Shown here piece by piece: positions 9,609 to 19,127 of a stretch of DNA of 64,000 nucleotides (the stretch's first letter is position 1; every line of letters starts with the position of its first letter). The translations under genes and the position numbers were made by a program. This DNA comes from Candidatus Multivoradales bacterium. GTDB taxonomy: Bacteria; Acidobacteriota; Thermoanaerobaculia; Multivoradales; Multivoraceae. The notes under the pieces are model-generated. The model had not been told where the DNA came from. It was given only the letters and a program-made list of their open reading frames with translations, and made no database searches. The stretch is from assembly GCA_965223325.1 (NCBI GenBank), contig CBDCWI010000002.1, positions 576,001 through 640,000 on the forward strand, in the 5' to 3' direction.

Positions 9609-10568
9609 ATGGGCCATCCACTCTGCTACGTACCGCCCGATGAGTCGGGCTGGCGAGTCGTCGAAGTCACTGCTCGAACCCATCGGGGCGCCTTCTTGCT
9701 GCGTCCCTCAGCGCAGCTTTGTGACCGCGTCATCGGCATTCTCGGGCGCGCACAGCGCGCCACGGAGGTGCGCATCTACCAATTCACCTATCTCTCGAAC
9801 CATCTGCACATGCTCCTCGGCGTACGAGACGGTCAGCAGTGCGCAGCCTTCATGCAGAGGGTCCAGGCCCAAACCAGCGTCGAGCTGCGCCACCTGGTGT
9901 CCTGGCGCGGGCCCGTGTGGCAGGGGCGCTACAAGAGGACTGTTCTGAGCCACGAGGCAGCAAACCTGACGCGCAGAATGCGGTACCTGCTGGCTCAGGG
10001 CTGCAAGGAGGGGCTGGTCGACTCCCCGCTTGACTGGCCTGGGCCGAGCTCCTCGCGGTCGCTCTGCGCGGCCGATTTCGAGTTGACTGGCAGCTGGATC
10101 GACCGCACCCGCATGTGCCGGGCGCCGAAGCATCAGCTCGGCGCCATGAGTCCGGCGGAAGATGACTTTCGAGAGGCGGAAACCGTGCACCTTTCGAAAC
10201 TCCCGGGGTTCGACCACCTCAGCGATGAAGCCTACGCAACCTGGGTGAAGAGCCTTGTCGAAGACATCGAACAAGCAACCGCCGCCATGCATCGCGCAGC
10301 GGGAACCCGACCCATGGGTGTGACCAGGGCCCTCCGAGCTCGACCGCATCATGTTCCCCGAAGGGTCGCCTGGGGACCGAGACCACGCGTCGTCGCGTCG
10401 AGCCGCCGTGAGCGCGAGCGCCTGATGGAAGCCCTCAGCATGGTGGTCGGCGCCTATCGGCGTGCGTGTAAGAAACGAGATGGAACCGACGGGGCGGTGA
10501 AGTTCCCGGAGGGAACATTCCCGAGCGCCCGCCGCTTCGTTCCCTCCCGAGACGGGCCGATGGCCTGA
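9609..10568 (+). mobile_element. REP-associated tyrosine (HUH/Y1) transposase, RAYT-like
   Basis: YLSNHLHMLL (HUH), VWQGRY, catalytic Y in RYLLAQGCKEGLV..P.DWPG; flanked by GTGTCTGACAC palindromes. Confidence 0.8.
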
Positions 10569-10777
10569 GGCTGGTCGGGACAGAGGAGGTCACTTCGTTG
10601 GCGCGTGTCCGGAGACGCCTCCGAGCGGAGCACCAGTCTTCAGCGCCATTCGTGCGCCCACCGTGCGCGTCGGAGGGCAATGATCGGCTGTCAGCCCATC
10701 ACAGGGAGAGAGAACCGGCCCCCAAGACCGCCCACGACGACCCGAGCCGCGAGTTCGAAGGCAGTGCCGCCGAAGAT

Positions 10778-10859
10778 GCGCCGAAAGCGCCAAAAGTGTC
10801 TGACACCTTCTTCACGACGCCTGGCCGCGCGCCGAAAGCGCCGAAAGTGTCTGACACCT
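10778..10859 (+). repeat. Two direct copies of a REP-like motif downstream of the transposase
   Basis: GCGCCGAAAGCGCC(A/G)AAAGTGTCTGACACCT at 10778-10808 and 10829-10859. Confidence 0.85.
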
Positions 10860-10865
10860 ACTCGC

Positions 10866-13115
10866 TTACTCGATGGGGGTGGGGGGGCGGTTGTTGCGGA
10901 ACCAGCGCTTGCGGGGTGGTAGGTAGCCGCGGCGGAAGTATTCTTGGCGGCTGCCACGACGGTCGTTGCCCACGAGGAGACCGCTTTCTGGTTCAATTGA
11001 GCGCACGACGACTCTGGGGGGGCGGGCGGGGGCCACCAGGTCGCGAGTCGCGTCGACTCGACGGGCTACTTCTGCCCAAATGGGCCCGGCTGTCGACGCG
11101 CCACCGATGCCGCTGCCGCGACCGTCGTCGGCGCCGATCCAGGCAACGATGACGATGTTGCCAACGCCGCCAACGACCCAGGCATCGCGACCGTTCGACG
11201 ACGTGCCGGTCTTGGCGAACGCCCGGCCCGACATTCCATCGCCGCCGAGCAGCCGACGGGCTGGCTCGCGTAAGACTTCGGTGACCATCCACGCGGTCGT
11301 CGCGCGAGCGACACGTTCGCTGTCGCGGACCTCCCCACCGACGCGACGACCGCCCGGCAGCACGAGGCCACGAATCGCGTGCGGCTCGCGGCGCACTCCA
11401 CCCCCAGCAAGCGCACCGTAGGCGCGGGCGAGATCGACCGGCGTCACCTCGACGGCACCCAGGACGAATGCCGGCGGAACCGGCCTCGGTAGCTGGAGCC
11501 CCGCACGCTCGAAACGATCGGCCACCGCATCGAACGAGCACCAGCGCGCCAGGCGGACAAACGGCACGTTGAGAGATCGCTCGGTGGCCTCACGCAGGGT
11601 GACGAATCCCCGGTGGCGGCCGTCAGGGTTGCGCGGCGACCACGGCTTCGGCTCGAGCTCGATCGTCACCGCGCGATCCGAAACCCGGCGCGCTGGATAG
11701 ACCGGTTTCTGCCGCCCGCAGCGTTCGAAGGCTTCGAGCAGAACGAGCGGCTTGACGGTTGACCCGGGCTGCCGTTTCGACTTGCGCGCCCGGTCGTAGG
11801 AGTCGCCCCCGGACCCCGGACGCCCACCGACCCAGGCCAGCACCCGGCCCGTCTCCGCCTCCATCACGACCACCGAGGCGTTTGCCTGACGGACGCTTTT
11901 CAACCCACGGGTGACAGCCGCCTCGGCCTTCTCTTGCAGCCATGGATCGACCGTAGTCTCGAAGACCAGGCCGCGCCCCGCGTCGGCCCGCGACGGCGCA
12001 CGTTGCTCCCCGCGCTCGGCCAACCAGTCCAGCAGATACCGCGGTCCCGCGGCCTCCGGCCTTCGCACCTGCGCTCTGGGAAGACCACGGCGACGCTCGC
12101 GCGCAACGGCCGCGGCCGACGCCCAGCCTTCTTCCTCCATTGCCGCTAAGACCTGGCGCTGCCGATTGACCAGGCGGTCCGTCGGGCGGTCGGGGTGCAT
12201 CGCGTTGGGCCCCTGCACCATGGCGGCCAAGGTCGCCGCCTCACCGAGATCGAGCTCACGCGCCGACTTGCCAAACCACGCCCGCGCCCCAGCCTCCATG
12301 CCATAGATATTGACCGCGCCCAGATGCCCCATGAAGACATGGTTCAGGTAAGCCTCGAGGATCTCCTCCTTGTCGTGCTCTGCTTCCAGCGAAACAGCCC
12401 GCACCGCCTCCGACACCTTGCGACCGACGGTGCGCTTCGCGGTGAGCTCACGCATCTTGATCAACTGCTGGGTGATGGTGCTGCCGCCTTCCGAGATACG
12501 CCCGCGTTTCAGGTTGGCGAGCAACGCCCGCGCGACCGATCGGCCATCGACGCCCACATGATCGAAGAACCGCCTGTCTTCGATCGCCAGGACCGCACGC
12601 CAAACATGCTCCGGCAGAGAATCGAGTGACACCGGGTGGCGAGCGGCGCGATCGGGCCGCAGACTCTCGGCGAGCAGCTGCGGCTCGAGGACGCCCCACT
12701 CCGGAGCCTCGACCCCTGACAGCGGGTCACCCGCCTCGTCGAGAAAACTCCTCAATCGAACCGGCGAGCCACTGACACCGAGACCAAAGAGGCGCGGTGC
12801 GTAGTCGTCACCGCCATACTGAAAGCCGCGGCGGAAGATCCAGAAGCGTTCATGACCCCAGAAGTACTGCCCCGGACGGTCGGGCCGTCGCCCCCGCACC
12901 CGCTCGTAGCCCAATCGTTCGAGACGTTCAGGAATCCCCGCGGCAACCAGCTCGCTCCCGAGCGCCAGGCGGTAGGGGGCGCTCCATACCCGTGTCTCCG
13001 AGCGCCCGACGTCACGCTCGAGCTCCCCAGCATCGACACGCGCTGCAACGAGAAGCAGCACACCGCCCACAACCGCGTGCCCGATCCGCCCGGCCACCCA
13101 CCGAAGGTCCACCAC
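10866..13115 (-). CDS. Class A penicillin-binding protein (PBP1b-like transglycosylase-transpeptidase)
   Basis: EDRRFFDH.G, GGSTITQQLIK, YLN; RQPGSTVKP (SxxK), SLN, KTGTS; GTG start inferred. Confidence 0.9.
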   Translation of the reverse strand: MVDLRWVAGRIGHAVVGGVLLLVAARVDAGELERDVGRSETRVWSAPYRLALGSELVAAGIPERLERLGYERVRGRRPDRPGQYFWGHERFWIFRRGFQYGGDDYAPRLFGLGVSGSPVRLRSFLDEAGDPLSGVEAPEWGVLEPQLLAESLRPDRAARHPVSLDSLPEHVWRAVLAIEDRRFFDHVGVDGRSVARALLANLKRGRISEGGSTITQQLIKMRELTAKRTVGRKVSEAVRAVSLEAEHDKEEILEAYLNHVFMGHLGAVNIYGMEAGARAWFGKSARELDLGEAATLAAMVQGPNAMHPDRPTDRLVNRQRQVLAAMEEEGWASAAAVARERRRGLPRAQVRRPEAAGPRYLLDWLAERGEQRAPSRADAGRGLVFETTVDPWLQEKAEAAVTRGLKSVRQANASVVVMEAETGRVLAWVGGRPGSGGDSYDRARKSKRQPGSTVKPLVLLEAFERCGRQKPVYPARRVSDRAVTIELEPKPWSPRNPDGRHRGFVTLREATERSLNVPFVRLARWCSFDAVADRFERAGLQLPRPVPPAFVLGAVEVTPVDLARAYGALAGGGVRREPHAIRGLVLPGGRRVGGEVRDSERVARATTAWMVTEVLREPARRLLGGDGMSGRAFAKTGTSSNGRDAWVVGGVGNIVIVAWIGADDGRGSGIGGASTAGPIWAEVARRVDATRDLVAPARPPRVVVRSIEPESGLLVGNDRRGSRQEYFRRGYLPPRKRWFRNNRPPTPIE

Positions 13116-13137
13116 CCTCAAGCGAGCGCCACCGCCG

Positions 13138-13485
13138 TCAGGAGAACGACGCGATCGCCGACGACTCGTCGTCGAAGACCTTGAACATCGGCAGGATGTG
13201 CGCCATGCGCAAGACCCTGCCGGCACGATTGCTCTCGTCGGTTGAGCGAATGATCTTGAGGGACGCTCCGAGTTCCTCGGACACCCGCAGGCTTGCCACC
13301 AGTTCCCCAACCCCTGAGGAGTCGATCGACGAAACCTGGGACAGGTTGATCAAGAGCTTCTTGCACTGGTCTGAGAGCAAATCGTTGACGGCATCGCGCA
13401 GCTGCGCATCGCCGGTACCAGCGACCAACTTCCCCTGCAGGTCGATAATTCCGACCCCATCCATCTTCCGGACATCTACTTGCAT
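13138..13485 (-). CDS. STAS-domain anti-sigma factor antagonist
   Basis: LINLSQVSSIDSSGVGELV with the phosphorylatable Ser. Confidence 0.9.
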   Translation of the reverse strand: MQVDVRKMDGVGIIDLQGKLVAGTGDAQLRDAVNDLLSDQCKKLLINLSQVSSIDSSGVGELVASLRVSEELGASLKIIRSTDESNRAGRVLRMAHILPMFKVFDDESSAIASFS

Positions 13486-13663
13486 GACAGGCGGATTCTA
13501 GCAGCTGATAGAACCGCACCATAGTGTTTCCACGGCAGTCCTTCGTCACGCCGTTCGTCATTCAGCACCCGCCAGCGACCGTCTGTGGCAAGATCGACCC
13601 CAACGACACCAAGCCGTGGACCCGACGACTTCCCTCCCACTCCTTCCTTCGAGGAATCGCTTC

Positions 13664-14311
13664 ATGCCTCATCGACCACGCGCTGCACAGAAAGTCCGCA
13701 GCACCGCGTTCGCGCTGGCGCTCGCCGGTTCGACCCTCACCGGCATCGCGACCGCAGCAGCCGGCACCGAAGACCGTGGCGTCGCCGACTCGGCCAAACA
13801 GGTGCAGCCACTCCTGGTAGGCGCTTCGGTTCCCGACACCACTTTGCTTTCGACCGATGGTGTCGAGACCTCGTTGCACCAGCAGGTCAAGGGTCGCCAC
13901 AGCATCCTGATCTTCTATCGCGGAGGTTGGTGACCGTTCTGCAACGCGCAGCTGGGTCAGCTGCAATCGATTGAGAACGAGCTCACCGAACTGGGATGGC
14001 AGCTCCTCGCCATTTCGCCGGACTCGAGAGAGAGCCTCCAACCAACCGTGGCGAAGAACGAACTCGCCTACTCGATCTACTCCGACCCGAACGCCGACAC
14101 CGCGAAGGCGTTTGGTCTTGCATTCACCGCCCCCGAGGCCTACAACAAGATGCTCGAGAAAGCATCGGGGCAGGACCACCACGTGATCCCGGTGCCGGCG
14201 GTCTACCTGGTCTCGCCGGAGGGCAAGGTGGTGTTCGTTTACACCAACCCCGACTACAAGGTGCGGCTCGAGCCGGCGATCCTTCTTGCCGCCGCCAAGG
14301 CCCTGAAGTAG
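13664..14311 (+). CDS. Exported AhpC/TSA peroxiredoxin-like selenoprotein (UxxC; TGA 13931-13933 read as Sec)
   Basis: ORFs 13616-13933 and 14048-14311 are in the same frame; FYRGGW-TGA-PFCN aligns with the FYRGxWCPxC motif; continues AISPD ... PVPAVYLV ... NPDYKVR; GAGGA RBS; signal peptide. Confidence 0.85.
13935..13979 (+). promoter_or_regulatory. Bacterial SECIS-like stem-loop
   Basis: Directly after the TGA: lower stem CGTTCT(G)CAA/TTGAGAACG, upper stem GCAGCTG-GGT-CAGCTGC (13948-13964) with a G-containing apical loop about 21 nt from the UGA. Confidence 0.7.
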
Positions 14312-14413
14312 CCCGGCCCACCTCCAGCCTCAGTGTTTCGTTGGACAGTCCCGCCCGCCCCGTTCTAGGGTGGCGGGCAAGATCCCGCAACTCAAACTGA
14401 CTTCGGAGGCACC

Positions 14414-16093
14414 ATGCCGAAAAGCGTTCACGCCCTCTTTCTTCGCCGAGGCTCCGGTGCCCACCGTCATGCGCTGCGATTCCTCCTGGTCAGCGCGCTC
14501 TCGATCTTTGCCTGCTTGGGCTGCGAACCGGCGGGGGATCTGGGCGACGAGGAAGCTGCAAAGGCAAATGCCACCGAACAAGAAGCCGGACCGCCCGGGG
14601 GGCCGCCGGCGTGGATCCTCCAGGCAAAACAGCAGCCCCGAGGGTTGATCACCAGCACGCCAGACGCCGCACCCGGCTATCTCCTCTTCTCGACCTTTTC
14701 TCACAGCGCGACCTTCCTGGTCGATACCGCCGGGCAAGTCGTCCACACCTGGGACAGCGACCGATCGGGCTCCTCGAACTACCTCCAGGACGACGGCTCC
14801 CTGATTCGCATTTCGGGGCTCGACAACCCACCAAACTTTCACTCCGGCGGCGTCGCTGGTCATGTCGAGCAGGTCTCCTGGGATGGTGAGCTCCTCTGGC
14901 GCTGGCACTACGCCGACGAAGATAAGATCAACCACCACGACATCGAACCGCTCCCGAACGGCAACCTGCTGGTCATTGCCTGGGAACAGAAGACCGCTCG
15001 AGAAGCCCTCGCCGCCGGCCGCCGCGCCGACCTGGTCGGCAGCAAAGGCATCTGGTCTGAGGTTCTACTCGAAATCGAACCGCTGCCACCTGACGACGCG
15101 CGCATCGTTTGGGAATGGCGCATCTGGGACCACCTCGTGCAGGACATAGACCCTGAGGCCCCGAACTTCGGCGACCCTCGTGCCCATCCCCATCGCCTCG
15201 ACCTCAACGTTGACGCCGATCACGAGGCCATCGACGAAGAGGAACTCGAGCAACTCAAAGCACTCGGCTACGTTCCCGACGACGCCGACATGGACGACAT
15301 CGCCGCAGACTTCCTTCACATGAACAGTGTCGACTACAACGCAGCACTCGATCAGATCCTCCTGAGCATTCCCGAGGTCGACGAGATCTGGATCATCGAC
15401 CACTCGACCACCACAGCCGAGGCGGCCACCAGCTCTGGTGGCCGCTACGGTCGCGGCGGTGATCTGCTCTATCGCTGGGGCAACCCGGCCGCCTACGGCC
15501 GCGGAGACGAGAGCGACATTCAACTCTTCTACCAGCATGAAGCCACCTGGATCAGGGACGGCTCGCCCGGCGCCGGCAACGTCCTACTCTTCAACAACGG
15601 CCGCGACCGGCCCGATCCCGGCTGGTCTACCGTCGACGAGCTCACCCTTCCGGTCGCTGCCGACGGGTCCTACCCTTTGCCCGAGAACGGACCGTGGGGA
15701 CCTCCGGCACCCGCCTGGACCTTTGGCGGCCCGGACCGCCCCGAGTTCTTTGCCGAGTTCGTCTCCGGCGCGCGTCGCCTCCCGAACGGCAACACCTTCA
15801 TCTGCTCGGGCCCGCAAGGGGTCTACTGGGAGGTCACCCCCGACGGTGAAACCGTGTGGGAATACCGCAACCCATTCCACGGCGACTCCACTTCCTGGAC
15901 GCCTCCCGGCACCACCGAGACGTTTCCCTACGGCTCGTTCCGGGCGCACAAGATCGCCCCCGACCACCCCGGCCTAGAGAACCGCAGCTTGCAACCTCTA
16001 GAGGAACAACCTGCCACCTGGACGCCGCATCCGCGTCCCGCCGGACCTCCCGGGGCGCCAGAGGAACAAGCGGCGGCGAACGCCGATGCGTAG
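14414..16093 (+). CDS. Arylsulfotransferase (ASST)-like beta-propeller lipoprotein
   Basis: CLGC lipobox, HHDIEPLPNGN, HMNSVDY, IWIIDHSTT, GDLLYRWGNP, QH, SGARRLPNGNTFI. Confidence 0.85.
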   Translation: MPKSVHALFLRRGSGAHRHALRFLLVSALSIFACLGCEPAGDLGDEEAAKANATEQEAGPPGGPPAWILQAKQQPRGLITSTPDAAPGYLLFSTFSHSATFLVDTAGQVVHTWDSDRSGSSNYLQDDGSLIRISGLDNPPNFHSGGVAGHVEQVSWDGELLWRWHYADEDKINHHDIEPLPNGNLLVIAWEQKTAREALAAGRRADLVGSKGIWSEVLLEIEPLPPDDARIVWEWRIWDHLVQDIDPEAPNFGDPRAHPHRLDLNVDADHEAIDEEELEQLKALGYVPDDADMDDIAADFLHMNSVDYNAALDQILLSIPEVDEIWIIDHSTTTAEAATSSGGRYGRGGDLLYRWGNPAAYGRGDESDIQLFYQHEATWIRDGSPGAGNVLLFNNGRDRPDPGWSTVDELTLPVAADGSYPLPENGPWGPPAPAWTFGGPDRPEFFAEFVSGARRLPNGNTFICSGPQGVYWEVTPDGETVWEYRNPFHGDSTSWTPPGTTETFPYGSFRAHKIAPDHPGLENRSLQPLEEQPATWTPHPRPAGPPGAPEEQAAANADA

Positions 16094-16412
16094 GTACCAC
16101 CACATGGGTATCCCGACCAAAGAGCGGCTCCCAGACGAGGTCCACCTCGAGCACCTCAAGGTCTACGTCAGCGGCTACCGCGAGAGCGAGTTCAACATCG
16201 AGTGGATGCGCTACGAAAACGACGCGCCCTACCCCGAGCTCGTCAAGACCGTTCCCCATGTCGCCTTCGAGGTCGATGACCTGGAGGCAGCGATCGCGGG
16301 CAGAAAGGTGATCATCGAACCCAACAGCCCCAGCCCAGGAGTGCGGGTGGCAATGATCGAAGACAACGGTGCGCCGATCGAGTTCCTCGAGATCGACGAC
16401 ACCGTAAGGTAG
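16086..16412 (+). CDS. VOC/glyoxalase-like small protein
   Basis: YHHMGIPT, PHVAFEVDDL, GAPIEFLE. Confidence 0.8.
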   Translation: MRRYHHMGIPTKERLPDEVHLEHLKVYVSGYRESEFNIEWMRYENDAPYPELVKTVPHVAFEVDDLEAAIAGRKVIIEPNSPSPGVRVAMIEDNGAPIEFLEIDDTVR

Positions 16413-16871
16413 CGAGGGGCGTGGTACGAACGCCCACCTCGACCCCGTCAACCGGCACCCACCACTGACCGCGGGAACGATGAAGGCACGGTCGGCCTGA
16501 CCGGGAGCGGTCCTGAGCCTTCTACAGTCCCTTCATCGAAGGATTCCGCGGCGCGCGACGGAAGACCGCAGTCTCAGGTCGAATGTGCAGGGCGACCGCC
16601 GTCGAACCAGGCTCGCGCTACGGACCGCCTGCGCCGCAAGAGTGACGGTAGCGAGGGGCGTGGTACGAACGCCCACCTCGACCCCGTCAACCGGCACCCA
16701 CCAGCGACCGCGGGAACGATGAAGGCACGGTCGGGCCTGACCGGGAGCGGTCCTGAGCCTTCTACAGTCCCTTCATCGAAGGATTCCGCGGCGCGCGACG
16801 GAAGACCGCAGTCTCAGGTCGAATGTGCAGGGCGACCGCCGTCGAACCAGGCTCGCGCTACGGACCGCTTG

Positions 16872-18781
16872 GATACGCCGGGATAAACCGGCATGGAGAA
16901 AGGAATGAGAGAGTCCCACCCTCGAAGGGGTAGCGACCCAGAGGGTCCCCGAGTCATGCGCCGGCTCCCGCGAGGGTGCGGTGAAGCGTTGACAGGGGCA
17001 CACACAGGCCGGGTATTGAGCCGCGAAATAAGAATTTGGGAGTGCCGACGCTGTCAAGCGAAGCGGAAGGCGAGACTCCGTAGCGCGCTATCGCGAGCTC
17101 TGCGGCGACTCCCCGCGGTCGTAGACCCTGTGCATGTGTGGAATCTCCATGCGCGAGAACCGGGAGATCCGCGATCTGGCCAGTTGGGTATCTGGTCCGC
17201 ATCGGGAAGGCTAGAGGCCGTAAGCCGATGACGCACGGATGGCGGAAGTCAGACAGGCCCGTAGTACCTGCGAAGTCGTCGAACAACGGTGGGAGACCAG
17301 CGGCGGAGGCGGTGGAGGGAAGGGGCCTGGCCAAGGGGAACACGGGCAAGCAAAACGCACCCCGGACACAGAGCCGGATGGAGAGTGCGAGCAATGCGCT
17401 GGGCCGTGTACGAGAAGCCGCCCGCAGGGGCAAGGAAGTGAAGTTCACAGCGCTTCTTCACCACATCACGGTCGAGCGACTCCGGAGCGCATTTGACGTG
17501 TTGCACCGAGACGCAGCGGCAGGAGTGGACGGAGTGTCATGGAGCGAGTACGCAGAATCTTTGCTGAGCAATCTCGAGGACCTGCACTCTCGTGTCCACC
17601 GTGGGAGCTACCGGGCGAGTGCGACTCGTCGCGTCTACATCGAGAAATCGGATGGGCGGTTCCGACCGCTTGGCATCGCCACGTTGGAGGACAAGATCCT
17701 TCAGCGCGCCGTCGTCTCGGTGTTGGATGCGATCTACGAGGAAGACTTTCTCGGGTACTCATACGGATTCAGGCGAGGCCGCAGCCAGCACGATGCTTTG
17801 GATGCGCTATTCGTTGGAATCACAAAGCGGAAGGTGAACTGGGTGCTCGACGCAGACATTCGTGGGTTCTTCGATGCCCTGGACCACGAGTGGCTGGTGA
17901 AGTTTCTCGAGCACCGTATCGGAGACCGTAGGATCCTTCGCCTCATCCAGAAATGGCTGAGGTCCGGAGTGATGGAAGACGGTAAGTGGCACGCGAGCAC
18001 GCGGGGGACTCCTCAGGGGGCGACGATTTCGCCTCTCCTCGGGAACGTGTACCTGCACTACGTGCTCGATCTCTGGGTCCAGCAGTGGAGGAAACGCAAC
18101 GCGCTTGGGGACATGATCTTCGTGCGCTACGCGGATGACTTCATCGTTGGATTTGAGAGGCAGGAGGAGGCAGAACGATTCCTCGAGGAACTGAACCTGC
18201 GACTCCGTGACTTCTCGTTGGAGATCCAACCCGAGAAGACGCGCCTGCTGGAGTTTGGCCGCTTTGCGGCCTACAACCGACGCGCGCGAGGTCTCGGGCG
18301 GCCGGAGACCTTCGAGTTTCTAGGCTTTACGCACTGCTGTGCGCAGTCTAGTCGAGGGAGGTTCTTGCTGAAGCGCATCACGAGCCGCCACCGAATCCGC
18401 AGGACACTGAAGGCTGTCGGTACGGCCCTTCTGGGACACCGACACTCGCCGCTACCAGAGCAAGGTCTCTGGCTGGGATCCGTGGTGCGAGGCTTCAATG
18501 CCTACTACGGCGTACCCGGCAACTCAGCGGCGTTGAACGCCTTTCGACAGGAGGTCATTCGGCACTGGATGCGCGCTCTGCGCCGACGCAGTGACAAAGA
18601 CCGCACGTCCTGGAAACGGATGTGGGCCCTGGTGGCCCACTACCTACCCAAAGCCCGAGTCCAACATCCCTGGCCTGATGAGCGACTTGTCGTCAATACC
18701 TGAGGCAGGAGCCCAGTGCATTAGCAGTGCACGCTGGGATCTGTGCGGGGGGCGCCGGGCAACCGGCGCTCCTACCGCGAT
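16872..18781 (+). mobile_element. Group II intron (complete, about 1910 nt)
   Basis: Splits the repeat sequence CGCTTG|CGCCGCAAG exactly with no duplication; domain V GAGCCCAGTGC...GCACGCTGGGATC at about 18709-18741; domain VI ends CCTACCGCGAT; EBS1 CAAGCG at 17055-17060. Confidence 0.95.
17228..18703 (+). CDS. ltrA: Group II intron reverse transcriptase/maturase (no endonuclease domain)
   Basis: AAGVDG, RPLGI, SYGFR, DADIRGFFD, GTPQG, RYADDF, FEFLGF, domain X GFNAYY; ends soon after X. Confidence 0.95.
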   Translation: MTHGWRKSDRPVVPAKSSNNGGRPAAEAVEGRGLAKGNTGKQNAPRTQSRMESASNALGRVREAARRGKEVKFTALLHHITVERLRSAFDVLHRDAAAGVDGVSWSEYAESLLSNLEDLHSRVHRGSYRASATRRVYIEKSDGRFRPLGIATLEDKILQRAVVSVLDAIYEEDFLGYSYGFRRGRSQHDALDALFVGITKRKVNWVLDADIRGFFDALDHEWLVKFLEHRIGDRRILRLIQKWLRSGVMEDGKWHASTRGTPQGATISPLLGNVYLHYVLDLWVQQWRKRNALGDMIFVRYADDFIVGFERQEEAERFLEELNLRLRDFSLEIQPEKTRLLEFGRFAAYNRRARGLGRPETFEFLGFTHCCAQSSRGRFLLKRITSRHRIRRTLKAVGTALLGHRHSPLPEQGLWLGSVVRGFNAYYGVPGNSAALNAFRQEVIRHWMRALRRRSDKDRTSWKRMWALVAHYLPKARVQHPWPDERLVVNT

Positions 18782-19127
18782 CGCCGCAAGAGTGACGGTA
18801 GCGAGGGGCGTGGTAAGAACGCCCACCTCGACCCCGTCAACCGGCACCCACCACCGACCGCGGAAACGATGAAGGCACGGTCGGGCCTGACCGGGAGCGG
18901 TCCTGAGCCTTCTACAGTCCCTTCATCGAAGGATTCCGCGGCGCGCGACGAAAGACCGCAGTCTCAGGTCGAATGTGCAGGGCGACCGCCGTCGAACCCG
19001 GCTCGCGCTACGGACCGCTTGCGCCGCAAGAGTGACGGTAGCGAGGGGCGTGGTAAGAACGCCCACCTCGACCCCGTCAACCGGCACCCACCACTGACCG
19101 CGGAAACGATGACAACCACGCCCCTCG

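Noticed and set aside
13616-14311. Two separate small genes or a nonsense pseudogene
   Set aside because: The TGA falls exactly on the catalytic Cys position and is followed by a SECIS-like hairpin, so Sec readthrough is more parsimonious
17228-18703. DGR, retron or defence-associated RT
   Set aside because: Clear domain V/VI, maturase X domain, YADD and a precise empty-site junction identify a group II intron; differences between repeat units are not adenine-specific
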